A DNA stretch of 64,000 bases from positions 20,577-84,576 of the forward strand of contig CAYPCX010000003.1 in NCBI GenBank assembly GCA_964409365.1, in the 5' to 3' direction. Numbering within the stretch: the first letter of the stretch is position 1; the number at the start of each line of letters is the position of its first letter. Positions 8,914 through 19,641 of this stretch are shown here, one piece after another. The stretch comes from an uncultured Planctomycetia bacterium (lineage in GTDB: Bacteria > Omnitrophota > Gorgyraeia > Tantalellales > Tantalellaceae). The position numbers were made by a program, and so were the translations under genes. The notes beneath the pieces are model-generated. The model did no database searches. It was not told the origin of the DNA and worked only from the letters and a program-made list of their open reading frames with translations.

Positions 8914-11900
8914 ATGCCAAGAAGGAACGATATCCACAAAGTCCTTATCATTGGTTCCGGTCCGATCATAATCGGTCAGGCCTGTGAATTCGATTATTCA
9001 GGCACCCAGGCCTGTAAAGCCCTGAGGGAAGAGGGTTACGAGGTCGTCCTGGTCAATTCAAACCCCGCTACCATAATGACCGACCCGGGGATGGCCGATA
9101 AGACGTATATAGAGCCCCTTACGGTCGATAGCATCGAGAAGATCATCGAGATAGAGAAGCCGGACGGGCTTCTTCCTAACCTTGGCGGGCAGACGGGACT
9201 CAATCTTTCGTCCGCGCTTTACAAGGCGGGTATCCTTGAAAAACACGGCGTGGAGGTCATTGGCGTTAAAACCGATGCCATCGAACGCGGTGAGGACCGC
9301 ATCGCTTTCAAAGAGACGATGAACAAGCTCGGTATACCTATACCGCGTTCGAAACCTTCGTTCTCGGTCGAAGAAGCCGAGAAAATAGCCGAAGAGCTCG
9401 GCTATCCGGTAGTGCTTCGTCCCGCGTATACCCTCGGCGGCACGGGCGGCGGGTTAGTATATAACGTGGAAGAGCTCAGGACCGTTGCGGCGCGCGGCCT
9501 GGCGGCAAGCCTCGTAGGACAGGTGCTTGTCGAAGAATCAGTGCTCGGCTGGGAGGAGCTCGAACTCGAGGTCGTACGGGATGAAAAGGACCAGAAGATA
9601 ACGGTGTGTTTCATAGAGAACATAGACGCCATGGGTGTGCATACGGGCGACAGTTTTTGCTCCGCGCCCATGCTCACTGTTCCCGAACCACTCCAGAAAA
9701 AGATGCAGGACCTTTCCTACAAAATAGTGGACGCGATAGGAGTTGTCGGTGGTACGAATATCCAGTTCGCTCATAACCTTGAGGATGACCGCCTGGTCGT
9801 TATCGAGATAAACCCGCGTACGTCCCGCTCGTCAGCGCTCGCTTCAAAAGCGACCGGCTTTCCGATCGCCCGCATATCGACGAAGCTGGCGGCGGGCCTC
9901 AACATGGACGAGATCCCGTACTGGAAAGAAGGCACTCTCGAGAAATACGAGCCGAGCGGCGACTACGTGGTCATCAAGTTCGCCCGCTGGGCGTTCGAGA
10001 AGTTCCCGCAGGCGAAGGACGTCCTGGGAACACAAATGAGAGCGGTAGGCGAGGTAATGAGCATAGGAAAGACCTACAAAGAGGCCTTCCAGAAAGCCAT
10101 CCGTTCGCTCGAGATCAAGAGGTACGGCCTTGGCGTGGAAAAATTCAAGGCGCTTTCGCTCGAGCGGCTCAAAGAGCGGCTCGCGACCCCCTCGAGCGAA
10201 CGCATATTCCTCATGTACGAGGCACTCCGCAAGGGAATGTCGGTCGAAGAACTCTACAAACTTACGCATATCGGCAGGTTTTTCATCCAGGAGATGAAGG
10301 ATCTGGTCGAATATGAGGAGGAAATGCTGACCCGTTCCTGGAAAGAACTTCCCGATGACATGCTGGCAAAGGCGAAGGAATGGGGATTCTCAGACCGTTA
10401 CCTGGCAGGCCTTTTCAACGTTAAAGAGGCCGAGGTCAGGAAAAGAAGGATAACAATAGGTAAGAAGGGCCGTTTTGACATCGTCCCGGTGAGTGGTGTC
10501 GACAACGCGGCCTACTACTACTCCACATATATAGGAGAGGACAGGGTACCCGTATCGTCCAACAAGAAGATCATGATACTGGGCGGCGGCCCCAACAGGA
10601 TCGGGCAGGGGATCGAGTTCGATTACACCTGCGTGCATGCCGCTTTCACGCTGCGTGACGCCGGGTACGAGTCGATAATGGTCAACTGTAACCCCGAGAC
10701 CGTCTCGACCGACTATGACACTTCGAACAAGCTCTATTTCGAGCCCCTGACGGTCGAGGACGTACTGACCATCTATGAGAAAGAGAAACCCGAAGGCGTC
10801 ATTGTGCAGTTCGGCGGACAGACACCACTCAACATCGCCCAGGAGCTGAAAGACAACGGCGTGAAGATACTCGGGACCACACCCGAGAGCATCGCCTTGG
10901 CGGAGGACAGGGAGCACTTCAGGAAGAAGATGATAGCCCTGAAGATACCCCAGCCGGAAAGCGGCACTGCCCGTTCACTGGACGAGGCCATAAAAGTTGC
11001 CGACAAGATCGGCTACCCTCTGATGGTGCGTCCTTCTTTCGTTCTCGGAGGGCGCGGCATGGAGGTCATCTATGACGAGATAATGCTCCGTAAGTACGCT
11101 GAAGAGGCCATACAGGTAAGCCCCGAGCACCCGATGCTCATCGACCGCTTCCTGGAGAATGCTGTTGAGGTAGAGGTCGACGCGCTTTCGGACGGCAAGG
11201 AAACGTTCATAGCCGGCGTGATGGAACATATCGAGCAGGCGGGTGTGCATTCCGGCGATTCGGCCTGCGCTATCCCCGCGAGGACCATAAAACAGGAACA
11301 CCTGGATATGATCGAAAAATATACCGCCGCCATAGCAAAAGAACTTAAGGTGGTCGGTGTGATGAATATCCAGTATGCCATTTGCGACGACGAGGTGTAC
11401 ATACTTGAAGCGAACCCGCGCGCATCGCGTACCGTTCCCTTGGTCTCCAAGGTCACTCAGGTGGCTATGGCCCGGATAGCTACCGAGCTCATGCTGGGCA
11501 AGAACCTGAAGGACTTCAACCTGAAGAAAGCCAACGTCCCGTACGTCGGCGTCAAGGAAGCGGTCTTTCCGTTCAACATGTTCCCAGAAGTTGATCCCTT
11601 GTTAGGGCCCGAAATGAGGGCGACGGGCGAGGTCATGGGCCTTGCGGATAATTTCGGTACGTCCTTTTTCAAGGCGCAGGAAGCGACCGGGTCCAAATTG
11701 CCGGTAAAGGGAAATATTCTCCTCACGGTGACGGACAAAGATAAAGAGAAACTTGTGCCGCTCGCCAAGAAGATCAGCGAGCTCGGGTTCAATATCCTGG
11801 CTACCGAGGGAACAAGCCGTTTTCTGACGGAGAACGGCATATCGAATACCCAGGTCAACAAGCTCCATGAAGGCAGGCCTAATATCGCGGATTCGATAAA

Positions 11901-12129
11901 AAACAAAGAGGTGCAGCTCATCATAAACACCCCCGTCGGGCGCAGCAGCAAGTTCGATGACAGCTACATCAGGATGATGGCCGTTCAGTACAAGCTGCCG
12001 TACATTACTTCCATGGCTGCCGCCGAAGCCAGCGTAGAGGGTATCGCGATGGTGCAGCAAAACGCCATAGGCCCCAAGGCGCTCCAGGATTATTACAAGG
12101 AGCTGGGCTCCGTGCAGCAGGCCGTGTGA
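8914..12129 (+). CDS. carB: Carbamoyl-phosphate synthase large subunit (paralog 1)
   Basis: [17 protein letters not shown], two ATP-grasp halves, C-terminal MGS domain; SD AAGGAG. Confidence 0.97.
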   Translation: MPRRNDIHKVLIIGSGPIIIGQACEFDYSGTQACKALREEGYEVVLVNSNPATIMTDPGMADKTYIEPLTVDSIEKIIEIEKPDGLLPNLGGQTGLNLSSALYKAGILEKHGVEVIGVKTDAIERGEDRIAFKETMNKLGIPIPRSKPSFSVEEAEKIAEELGYPVVLRPAYTLGGTGGGLVYNVEELRTVAARGLAASLVGQVLVEESVLGWEELELEVVRDEKDQKITVCFIENIDAMGVHTGDSFCSAPMLTVPEPLQKKMQDLSYKIVDAIGVVGGTNIQFAHNLEDDRLVVIEINPRTSRSSALASKATGFPIARISTKLAAGLNMDEIPYWKEGTLEKYEPSGDYVVIKFARWAFEKFPQAKDVLGTQMRAVGEVMSIGKTYKEAFQKAIRSLEIKRYGLGVEKFKALSLERLKERLATPSSERIFLMYEALRKGMSVEELYKLTHIGRFFIQEMKDLVEYEEEMLTRSWKELPDDMLAKAKEWGFSDRYLAGLFNVKEAEVRKRRITIGKKGRFDIVPVSGVDNAAYYYSTYIGEDRVPVSSNKKIMILGGGPNRIGQGIEFDYTCVHAAFTLRDAGYESIMVNCNPETVSTDYDTSNKLYFEPLTVEDVLTIYEKEKPEGVIVQFGGQTPLNIAQELKDNGVKILGTTPESIALAEDREHFRKKMIALKIPQPESGTARSLDEAIKVADKIGYPLMVRPSFVLGGRGMEVIYDEIMLRKYAEEAIQVSPEHPMLIDRFLENAVEVEVDALSDGKETFIAGVMEHIEQAGVHSGDSACAIPARTIKQEHLDMIEKYTAAIAKELKVVGVMNIQYAICDDEVYILEANPRASRTVPLVSKVTQVAMARIATELMLGKNLKDFNLKKANVPYVGVKEAVFPFNMFPEVDPLLGPEMRATGEVMGLADNFGTSFFKAQEATGSKLPVKGNILLTVTDKDKEKLVPLAKKISELGFNILATEGTSRFLTENGISNTQVNKLHEGRPNIADSIKNKEVQLIINTPVGRSSKFDDSYIRMMAVQYKLPYITSMAAAEASVEGIAMVQQNAIGPKALQDYYKELGSVQQAV

Positions 12130-12149
12130 CCCGAGCCGCATATCACCGA

Positions 12150-12192
12150 TAAAAAATACACCCGATGTGTAATACATCGGGTGTATTTTTAT
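12150..12192. terminator. Long hairpin/bidirectional terminator, palindrome copy 2
   Basis: AAAAATACACCCGATGT-GTAAT-ACATCGGGTGTATTTTT, 17-bp perfect stem. Confidence 0.85.
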
Positions 12193-12194
12193 GG

Positions 12195-12349
12195 TTGCAA
12201 TATATTATCTAATGTATATAATATGTTCTGATGCATCCAGCCCGACGTCGCGCTGAAAGGGACAAGGTTGTCCGGAAGTACGGAGGGATTGTCTTTAAGG
12301 TCCCCTGAGCGAATCCCGGTAAACCTGTAACCAAGAGGGCTTTTTTAGA
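12195..12349 (+). promoter_or_regulatory. carA promoter and structured 5' leader
   Basis: TTGCAA(12195)-16-TATAAT(12217), then ~120-nt GC-rich leader with hairpins ending GGGCTTTTTT. Confidence 0.55.
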
Positions 12350-13432
12350 GTGAAAGCGTTCGTTGTTTTTGAAGATGGCAAGATTTTTGAAGGACGGACT
12401 TTCGGCGCGGTAAAAGAGACCACCCTGGGCGAGATCGTCTTCAACACCAGCATTTCCGGATACCAGGAGATCATCACCGACCCCTCCTACAAAGGCCAGA
12501 TCGTCACCATGACCTATCCCCTGATAGGGAATTACGGTACGAATGAAGAGGACGTCGAGTCCTCGAAGCCGCAGGTAGAGGGTTTCATAGTAAAAGAGCT
12601 TTGCAGGTACCCCAGCAATTTCAGGTCCACAAAAACCCTCGATGAATACCTCAAAGATAACGGCATAATGGCCATCGAAGGAGTTGACACCAGGGCCATA
12701 ACCCGCCACGTCAGGATACAGGGCGCGATGAAAGGCGCCATCACCACACAGGCCGATCGCCTGGACGAGATCGTTAAGAAAGTGCAGGCATCACCGGGTC
12801 TTGTGGGCGCGGACATGGTGAAAAAGGTCGCTCCCGAAAAAGAGCTCTCCTGGAGTGAAAAAGGCGGTATAAAAATAGCCGTTCTCGACTGCGGGGTGAA
12901 GTACAGCATACTGGGACGTCTTGAAAAAAGAGGATGCGCAGTGGTCCGTTACCCCGCGAATGCGGATGCCGATACTATACTCGCCGCGAAACCAGACGGC
13001 ATACTCCTCTCGAACGGACCCGGTGACCCTGAAGGCGCTCCGTACGTGTTTAAAACAGTAGAAAAACTCCTCGGGAAGAAGCCCATATTTGGTATATGCC
13101 TCGGCCACCAGATGCTCGGCCTGGCGCTGGGAGGGAAAACGTACAAATTGAAATTCGGACACCACGGGGGTAACCACCCGGTCAAGGACATGCGCACCGG
13201 GAAGGTCAGCATCACGGCGCAGAACCATTGTTTCTGCGTGGATTACGATTCGGTCAAGTCGAAGGGCGTCGAAGTGACGCACATGAACCTCAACGATGAT
13301 ACGGTAGAGGGCATGGAGAGCGAGAAGCTGAAGTTCTTCAGCGTCCAGTTCCATCCCGAGGCCGGCCCGGGGCCGAACGATGCGACCTACCTGTTCGACA
13401 GGTTTCTGGAAAACGTGAAAAAAGAGACGTAA
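12350..13432 (+). CDS. carA: Carbamoyl-phosphate synthase small subunit
   Basis: GYQEIITDPSY, LSNGPGDP, GICLGHQ, QFHPE. Confidence 0.97.
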   Translation: MKAFVVFEDGKIFEGRTFGAVKETTLGEIVFNTSISGYQEIITDPSYKGQIVTMTYPLIGNYGTNEEDVESSKPQVEGFIVKELCRYPSNFRSTKTLDEYLKDNGIMAIEGVDTRAITRHVRIQGAMKGAITTQADRLDEIVKKVQASPGLVGADMVKKVAPEKELSWSEKGGIKIAVLDCGVKYSILGRLEKRGCAVVRYPANADADTILAAKPDGILLSNGPGDPEGAPYVFKTVEKLLGKKPIFGICLGHQMLGLALGGKTYKLKFGHHGGNHPVKDMRTGKVSITAQNHCFCVDYDSVKSKGVEVTHMNLNDDTVEGMESEKLKFFSVQFHPEAGPGPNDATYLFDRFLENVKKET

Positions 13433-13435
13433 AAG

Positions 13436-16400
13436 ATGCCGAAAAGAGAAGACATAAAAAGTATACTGGTGATCGGTTCAGGCCCTATAGTGATAAGCCA
13501 GGCCTGCGAGTTCGATTATTCCGGGACCCAGGCGTGTAAGGCCCTAAGGCAGGAAGGGTTCAGGGTCATCCTTGTGAACTCCAACCCCGCGACGATCATG
13601 ACCGACCCCGAGACGGCCGACCGCACGTACGTGGAGCCGATAACCCCGGAGGTGGTCGCGAAGATAATAGAAAAAGAGAGACCGGACGTTCTGCTCCCGA
13701 CCCTCGGCGGCCAGACGGGTCTCAATACGGCCATGAAACTGTACGAGATGGGGGTGCTCGAGAAATTCAACGTCAAGATGATCGGTGCCGATTATAACAC
13801 CATAAAAAAGGCCGAGGACAGGGATGATTTCAAAAAGGCCATGGAGAGCATCGGCCTTGACCTCCCGGAAAGCGGACTGGCCTACACGCTGGAAGAGGCG
13901 ATAGAGGTCGCCGAACGCATAGGTTTCCCGCTGATCATACGGCCGAGTTTCACCCTCGGCGGGACGGGCGGCGGCGTGGTCCGTAACATGGACGAATTCA
14001 AATACCAGGCTTCTCTCGGGCTCCAGAACAGCATGATAAGCGAGATATTGATCGAAGAATCCATAATCGGCTGGAAAGAGTACGAGCTCGAGGTCATGCG
14101 GGACAAAAAAGACAATGTCGTCATAGTCTGTTCGATCGAGAACCTGGATCCCATGGGCGTCCATACCGGCGACAGTATAACGGTGGCTCCGCAGCAGACG
14201 CTTACGGACAAGGAATACCAGGCTATGAGGGATGCCGCTATAGCCATAATCAGGGAAATAGGCGTGGAGACCGGCGGGTCGAACATCCAGTTCGCCGTGA
14301 ACCCCGCCGACGGCAGGATGGTCGTCATCGAGATGAACCCCCGGGTCTCGCGCAGCTCGGCGCTGGCGAGTAAAGCAACGGGGTTCCCGATAGCCAAGTT
14401 CGCGGCAAAGTTAGCCGTGGGGTATACGCTCGACGAGATCCCCAACGACATAACAAAGGAAACACCGGCTTCGTTCGAGCCAACGATAGACTACTGCGTC
14501 GTAAAAATCCCCCGTTTTACTTTCGAAAAGTTCCCGCAGGCGGACCCGACACTGGGCATTTCGATGAAATCCGTAGGGGAGACGATGGCCATCGGGCGGA
14601 CGTTCAAGGAAGCGCTCCAGAAAGGCCTGCGGGGTCTCGAGACCGGGAGAGCCGGTCTGGATACCCTTAAAAAATCCTCTTCGCTGGGGGACAGCGCTCT
14701 CGAGGAAATGCTCAAGCGCCCGAACGCCGAGAGGATCTTCCATGTGAAGGAAGCCCTTCGCCGCGGGTACGAAATACAAAAGATCTATGAACTTTCCGGG
14801 ATAGATCCCTGGTTCCTCGACAATGTGAAAGACATGGTCGAATATGAAACGGAACTCCGGAAAGAACTCGGCGGTAAAAGCCTTATAGAATCGGTCAAGA
14901 ACGCCTATCTCATCGACATGGTCAGGAAAGCCAAAAAATGGGGGTTCAGCGACAAGCAGCTTGCCGACATGATGGGCTATGCCGAAACGGAATTCCGGAC
15001 CTTTCGGAAAACGGCAGGCATAATACCGACCTATAAGCTTGTCGATACCTGCGCCGCGGAGTTCGAAGCTTACACGCCGTATTACTATTCGACCTACGAG
15101 GACGAGTGTGAGGTGGTGAGGTCCGACAAAAAGAAAATAATGATCCTCGGGGGAGGGCCAAACAGGATAGGGCAGGGTATAGAATTCGATTACTGCTGTT
15201 GTCACGCGTCATTCGCCCTCAAAGAACTCGGGTTCGAGACCATAATGGTGAATTCCAACCCCGAGACCGTCTCCACGGACTATGACACCTCGGATAAACT
15301 TTATTTCGAACCGCTGACGTTCGAGGACGTGATGAACATCGTGGAAAAGGAAGGGCCGGACGGGGTGATAGTCCAGTTCGGCGGCCAGACACCCCTGAAT
15401 CTCGCTAAAAGGCTCAAGGATGCCGGCGTGCCGATAATCGGCACCTCAGTCGAGTCCATTGCACTGGCCGAAGACCGCGAACAGTTCAAGCAGCTCCTGC
15501 ACTCGCTCGGCTTGAAACAACCGGCCAACGATACCGCAAATTCCGCGGAAGAAGCGCTCCGTAAAGCGGAAACGATAGGGTACCCTGTAGTGGTCCGGCC
15601 GTCTTACGTTCTTGGCGGACGCGCGATGCGGATAGTGTACGACCGCAGCGCCATAGAAGAATTCATGAGAGAGGCCGTGGATGTCTCCCCCGGCCACCCG
15701 GTGCTTCTCGATAAGTTCCTCCAGAACGCGATCGAGGTCGACGTCGACGCGCTCGCGGACGGCGACGAGGTCGTGATCGCCGGTATAATGGAACACATCG
15801 AGGAAGCCGGTATCCATTCGGGGGACTCGGCCTGCGCCCTGCCGCCATATACAATGGCCGACGCAACGATAGACAAGATCAGGAGCCAGACCGAACGTTT
15901 GGCAAAAGCCCTTGATATAAAAGGACTTATGAATATACAGTTCGCCGTCAAGGGCGGTGATGTCTATATACTCGAGGTTAATCCCAGAGCTTCAAGAACG
16001 GTCCCGTTCGTTTCAAAGGCGACGGGGCTTCCCATGGCGAAGGTGGCCTCAAAGATCATGGCCGGCGTAAAACTAAAAGATATGGGAATAAAGGACCCGA
16101 TGGCGTCATTGGATTACACAAGCGTGAAAGAATCCGTTCTGCCGTTCTCGCGTTTTTCCGGCGTTGATATCATACTCGGCCCCGAGATGATGTCCACCGG
16201 CGAGGTAATGGGAATGTCCGATAATTTCGGCAACGCGTTCGCGAAAGCGCAGTCAGGCGCGGGGCAGATGCTGCCGCGGGAAGGAAAGGTGTTCATCTCG
16301 GTACAGGACAGCGACAAGCGCAATATAGTGTTTCTGGCAAAAAAACTTTTCGACATGGGGTTCAAGCTGATCGCTACGGAGGGCACCGCGAAGATCCTGA

Positions 16401-16678
16401 AGAACAACAACATGGATGTCGAGGTGACCAGAAAGATGCACGAGGGCAGCCCGAACGTCATGGACATGGTCAGAAAGGGCGAAGTGGACCTAATAATAAA
16501 TACGCCGTCGGGTAAGGAGCCGCGGAGTGACGGTGCCCTCATACGGAGCGCCGCCGTCATGCGCGGGATACCGTGCATAACGACGATCGCCGGGGCGCAG
16601 GCTTCGGTCAACGGGATCGAGTCCATGAAGAAGATGGATGTCACGGTCCGGTCATTGCAGGAATACTATGGTATGTGA
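13436..16678 (+). CDS. carB: Carbamoyl-phosphate synthase large subunit (paralog 2)
   Basis: [42 protein letters not shown]. Confidence 0.97.
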   Translation: MPKREDIKSILVIGSGPIVISQACEFDYSGTQACKALRQEGFRVILVNSNPATIMTDPETADRTYVEPITPEVVAKIIEKERPDVLLPTLGGQTGLNTAMKLYEMGVLEKFNVKMIGADYNTIKKAEDRDDFKKAMESIGLDLPESGLAYTLEEAIEVAERIGFPLIIRPSFTLGGTGGGVVRNMDEFKYQASLGLQNSMISEILIEESIIGWKEYELEVMRDKKDNVVIVCSIENLDPMGVHTGDSITVAPQQTLTDKEYQAMRDAAIAIIREIGVETGGSNIQFAVNPADGRMVVIEMNPRVSRSSALASKATGFPIAKFAAKLAVGYTLDEIPNDITKETPASFEPTIDYCVVKIPRFTFEKFPQADPTLGISMKSVGETMAIGRTFKEALQKGLRGLETGRAGLDTLKKSSSLGDSALEEMLKRPNAERIFHVKEALRRGYEIQKIYELSGIDPWFLDNVKDMVEYETELRKELGGKSLIESVKNAYLIDMVRKAKKWGFSDKQLADMMGYAETEFRTFRKTAGIIPTYKLVDTCAAEFEAYTPYYYSTYEDECEVVRSDKKKIMILGGGPNRIGQGIEFDYCCCHASFALKELGFETIMVNSNPETVSTDYDTSDKLYFEPLTFEDVMNIVEKEGPDGVIVQFGGQTPLNLAKRLKDAGVPIIGTSVESIALAEDREQFKQLLHSLGLKQPANDTANSAEEALRKAETIGYPVVVRPSYVLGGRAMRIVYDRSAIEEFMREAVDVSPGHPVLLDKFLQNAIEVDVDALADGDEVVIAGIMEHIEEAGIHSGDSACALPPYTMADATIDKIRSQTERLAKALDIKGLMNIQFAVKGGDVYILEVNPRASRTVPFVSKATGLPMAKVASKIMAGVKLKDMGIKDPMASLDYTSVKESVLPFSRFSGVDIILGPEMMSTGEVMGMSDNFGNAFAKAQSGAGQMLPREGKVFISVQDSDKRNIVFLAKKLFDMGFKLIATEGTAKILKNNNMDVEVTRKMHEGSPNVMDMVRKGEVDLIINTPSGKEPRSDGALIRSAAVMRGIPCITTIAGAQASVNGIESMKKMDVTVRSLQEYYGM

Positions 16679-18065
16679 TCCCGTCGAAAAAAAAGAATAT
16701 TGCGGGGTTTTTGGTATATTCGACCATGAACTTGCCGCGGACCTTACCTACCTGGGCCTTTACGCCCTCCAGCACAGGGGCGAAGAATCATGCGGTATAG
16801 CCATCTCGAACGGAAGACGCATCCGCCAGGTGACGGGTATGGGACTTGTCTCGGACGTGTTCGACCTTAAGAAACTAAAGGACCTGAAGGGCAAAAGGGC
16901 CATCGGCCACGTGCGCTATTCAACTACCGGCTCCAGCATATTGAGGAACGCCCAGCCGTTCGTTATAAGCCATAACCGTTTTTCCGTTTCCATAGCGCAC
17001 AACGGCAACCTGACGAACGCGGTGAAACTCCGCCGCCGGATGGAGAACGACGGCGCGATATTCCAGACGACGATGGATTCGGAAGTGGTCCTGCACCTTC
17101 TGGTCAGGTCGGACAAGGAAAAAGTGGAAGACCGCCTTATAGACGCCCTCACCCAGTGTGACGGCGCTTATTCCATGCTTTTTCTCACGGAGAAGAAACT
17201 TATCGGGGTCAGGGACCCGTATGGTTTCAGGCCTCTGTGCCTGGGGGTAAAGGACGGTTCGTATGTGCTCGCCAGCGAGACATGCGCCCTGGACCTGATC
17301 GATGCCGAATTCCTGCGCGAGGTAGAACCCGGCGAGATGGTCGTTGTCTCCGAAGACGGCCTGGGATCGATAAGACCTTTTCCTGAAAAGCCGGCGTCGT
17401 CCTGCATTTTTGAGCACATCTATTTCGCCCGTCCCGACAGCCACATTTTCGGCGACAGCGTCTACCAGGTCCGTAAACGCCTGGGGATGAAGCTCGCCCA
17501 GGAAAGCCCCGTTGACGCCGATATCGTCATGTCCATACCGGATTCCGGCAATTATGCGGCCCTCGGGTACGCGGAGAAAAGCGGGATACCCTTCGATTTC
17601 GGCATCATAAGAAACCATTACATAGGAAGGACGTTCATCCAGCCGTCGCAGGAGATGAGGAAACACGGCGTCAAGATCAAGCTTAACCCCATGAAGGAGG
17701 TCCTGAAGGGGAAACGCGTGATCGTCGTCGAGGACTCGATCGTGAGGGGCACAACTACCGGGGGCAGGATAAAGGCCATACGGGAAGCCGGGGTCAAAGA
17801 GATACACATGCGGATCAGTTGCCCGCCTATCAGGTTCCCCTGCTTCTACGGCATCGATTTTCCGAGCAGGAAGGAACTTATCGCGAACGAGCTTTCGGTG
17901 GAAAAAATAGCGGAATTCATAGGTGTTGACACACTGAAATATCTAAGTCTGGAGGGGATGCTGGAGGCGGTCGGCGGCGGCAGCGGGTTCTGCCACGCGT
18001 GTTTCAGCGGCAAATATCCTACAAAAGTGGGCAAAAGCGCGGCAAAGACGCCGTTCGAAAAATAG
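16668..18065 (+). CDS. purF: Amidophosphoribosyltransferase (propeptide, Fe-S type)
   Basis: [11 protein letters not shown]|[27 protein letters not shown], Cys ligands CIFE/CFYG/CHAC. Confidence 0.96.
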   Translation: MVCDPVEKKEYCGVFGIFDHELAADLTYLGLYALQHRGEESCGIAISNGRRIRQVTGMGLVSDVFDLKKLKDLKGKRAIGHVRYSTTGSSILRNAQPFVISHNRFSVSIAHNGNLTNAVKLRRRMENDGAIFQTTMDSEVVLHLLVRSDKEKVEDRLIDALTQCDGAYSMLFLTEKKLIGVRDPYGFRPLCLGVKDGSYVLASETCALDLIDAEFLREVEPGEMVVVSEDGLGSIRPFPEKPASSCIFEHIYFARPDSHIFGDSVYQVRKRLGMKLAQESPVDADIVMSIPDSGNYAALGYAEKSGIPFDFGIIRNHYIGRTFIQPSQEMRKHGVKIKLNPMKEVLKGKRVIVVEDSIVRGTTTGGRIKAIREAGVKEIHMRISCPPIRFPCFYGIDFPSRKELIANELSVEKIAEFIGVDTLKYLSLEGMLEAVGGGSGFCHACFSGKYPTKVGKSAAKTPFEK

Positions 18066-18117
18066 AAATACTGGCGCGTGGACAACGGTGTCCGCCGAAA
18101 ACACAAAGGAGTGTCAG

Positions 18118-19632
18118 GTGAAGCGTACGGGTTTTGACAATGACAAGTATCTCGACCAGCAATCATCCGCCATACTTGAGCGGGTAAAGCTGTTCGATAA
18201 CAAGCTGTATCTGGAGTTCGGCGGGAAGATCATCTTCGACTACCATGCCTCACGGGTGCTTCCCGGCTTCGATCCCAACGTTAAGATGCGCCTCCTTCAG
18301 AAGCTGAAGGACAAGGCTGATATAATCCTTTGCATATACGCGGGGGATATAGAAAGAAGGAAAGTGAGGGCGGATTTCGGGATCACGTACGACGTGGACG
18401 CCCTTAAACTGATCGATGATCTGCGCGACTGGGATATAGACGTGACCGCCGTGGTCATAACGCGTTTCAGCAACCAACCGGCCGCTAAGATCTTCAAGAA
18501 CAAGCTGGAGAGACGCGGGATAAAGGTGTATACGCACAGTTTTACGAAAGGGTACCCGACCGACATCGACACGATAGTGAGCGACGAGGGTTACGGCGCG
18601 AACCCGCATATCGAGACCAGCAAACCGCTCGTTATCGTCACGGGTCCCGGCCCCGGGAGCGGCAAGCTGGCAACGTGCCTTTCCCAGCTTTATCATGACC
18701 ACAAGAAAGGCATCAACGCGGGCTACGCGAAATTCGAGACGTTCCCGATATGGAACCTCCCGCTGAAACACCCGGTCAATGTCGCGTACGAAGCGGCGAC
18801 CGTGGACCTTAAGGATTTCAACATGGTGGATTCGTTCCATCTGGAGTCTAACGGCGAAATGGCGGTGAACTACAACCGCGACATGGAGATATTCCCGGTG
18901 CTCCGGAGGATACTGAAAAAGATCATCGGAGACGGATCGGCGTACCGGTCTCCCACGGAGATGGGGGTGAACAGGGCCGGGTTCGGTATAACCGACGACG
19001 CGGTAGTGCGGAAAGCCGCCAAGCAGGAAGTGATAAGGAGGTATTTCCGGGCTTCCTGTGAAAATGTCATGGGGCTTCTCGACAAGGACGCCGTCCAGAG
19101 GGCGGAACTCCTGATGAAGGAACTGGGAGTGAAGCCCGAGGACAGAAAGGTCGTGGAACCGGCCAGGGAAGCGGCCGAAGAGGCCAGAAAGGGCAACAAG
19201 GGCAACGAAGGCATATATTGCGGCGCGGCCATGGAGCTCCCGGACGGGACCGTGGTCATGGGAAAGAACTCCACGCTGATGCACGCGGCATCGAGCGTTG
19301 TCCTGAACGCTATCAAGAAACTGGCGGGTATTCCTGATAAGATCCACCTTCTTTCGCCGAAGACGCTCGAGTCGATAGGAAACCTTAAGAAAGATATGTT
19401 GAATTCCAGGAACGTGAGCCTTGATCTCGAGGAGACGCTCATAGCCCTCAGCATCAATGCCGCGACTAACCCCACGGCGCAGGAGGCTATGGAAAAACTT
19501 AAGGAATTGAAGAGCTGCGAGGTGCATATGACGCACATGCCCACTCCCGGGGACGAAGCGGGCCTGAGGAAGCTGGGCGTTAATCTTACCGCGGAATCGA
19601 ATTTTGCTACGCAGAACCTTTTCATAACCTGA
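18118..19632 (+). CDS. DUF1846 (UPF0371) family protein
   Basis: [45 protein letters not shown]; GTG 18118 follows AAGGAG. Confidence 0.88.
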   Translation: MKRTGFDNDKYLDQQSSAILERVKLFDNKLYLEFGGKIIFDYHASRVLPGFDPNVKMRLLQKLKDKADIILCIYAGDIERRKVRADFGITYDVDALKLIDDLRDWDIDVTAVVITRFSNQPAAKIFKNKLERRGIKVYTHSFTKGYPTDIDTIVSDEGYGANPHIETSKPLVIVTGPGPGSGKLATCLSQLYHDHKKGINAGYAKFETFPIWNLPLKHPVNVAYEAATVDLKDFNMVDSFHLESNGEMAVNYNRDMEIFPVLRRILKKIIGDGSAYRSPTEMGVNRAGFGITDDAVVRKAAKQEVIRRYFRASCENVMGLLDKDAVQRAELLMKELGVKPEDRKVVEPAREAAEEARKGNKGNEGIYCGAAMELPDGTVVMGKNSTLMHAASSVVLNAIKKLAGIPDKIHLLSPKTLESIGNLKKDMLNSRNVSLDLEETLIALSINAATNPTAQEAMEKLKELKSCEVHMTHMPTPGDEAGLRKLGVNLTAESNFATQNLFIT

Positions 19633-19641
19633 GGGAGAAAG

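Noticed and set aside
12228-12349. 6S RNA or canonical SAM-I riboswitch (GTCCCCTGAGC; ATCCAG...GGAGGGA...CCCGG.AACC)
   Set aside because: Too short for 6S and lacks its long rod; SAM-I 3' half (GGTGC..ATTCC...GAT) is absent. Kept only as an unassigned leader
18250-19536. Long antisense ORFs opposite housekeeping genes (also 30048-31130, 62333-63508)
   Set aside because: Expected from GC-rich codon bias; no recognisable motifs
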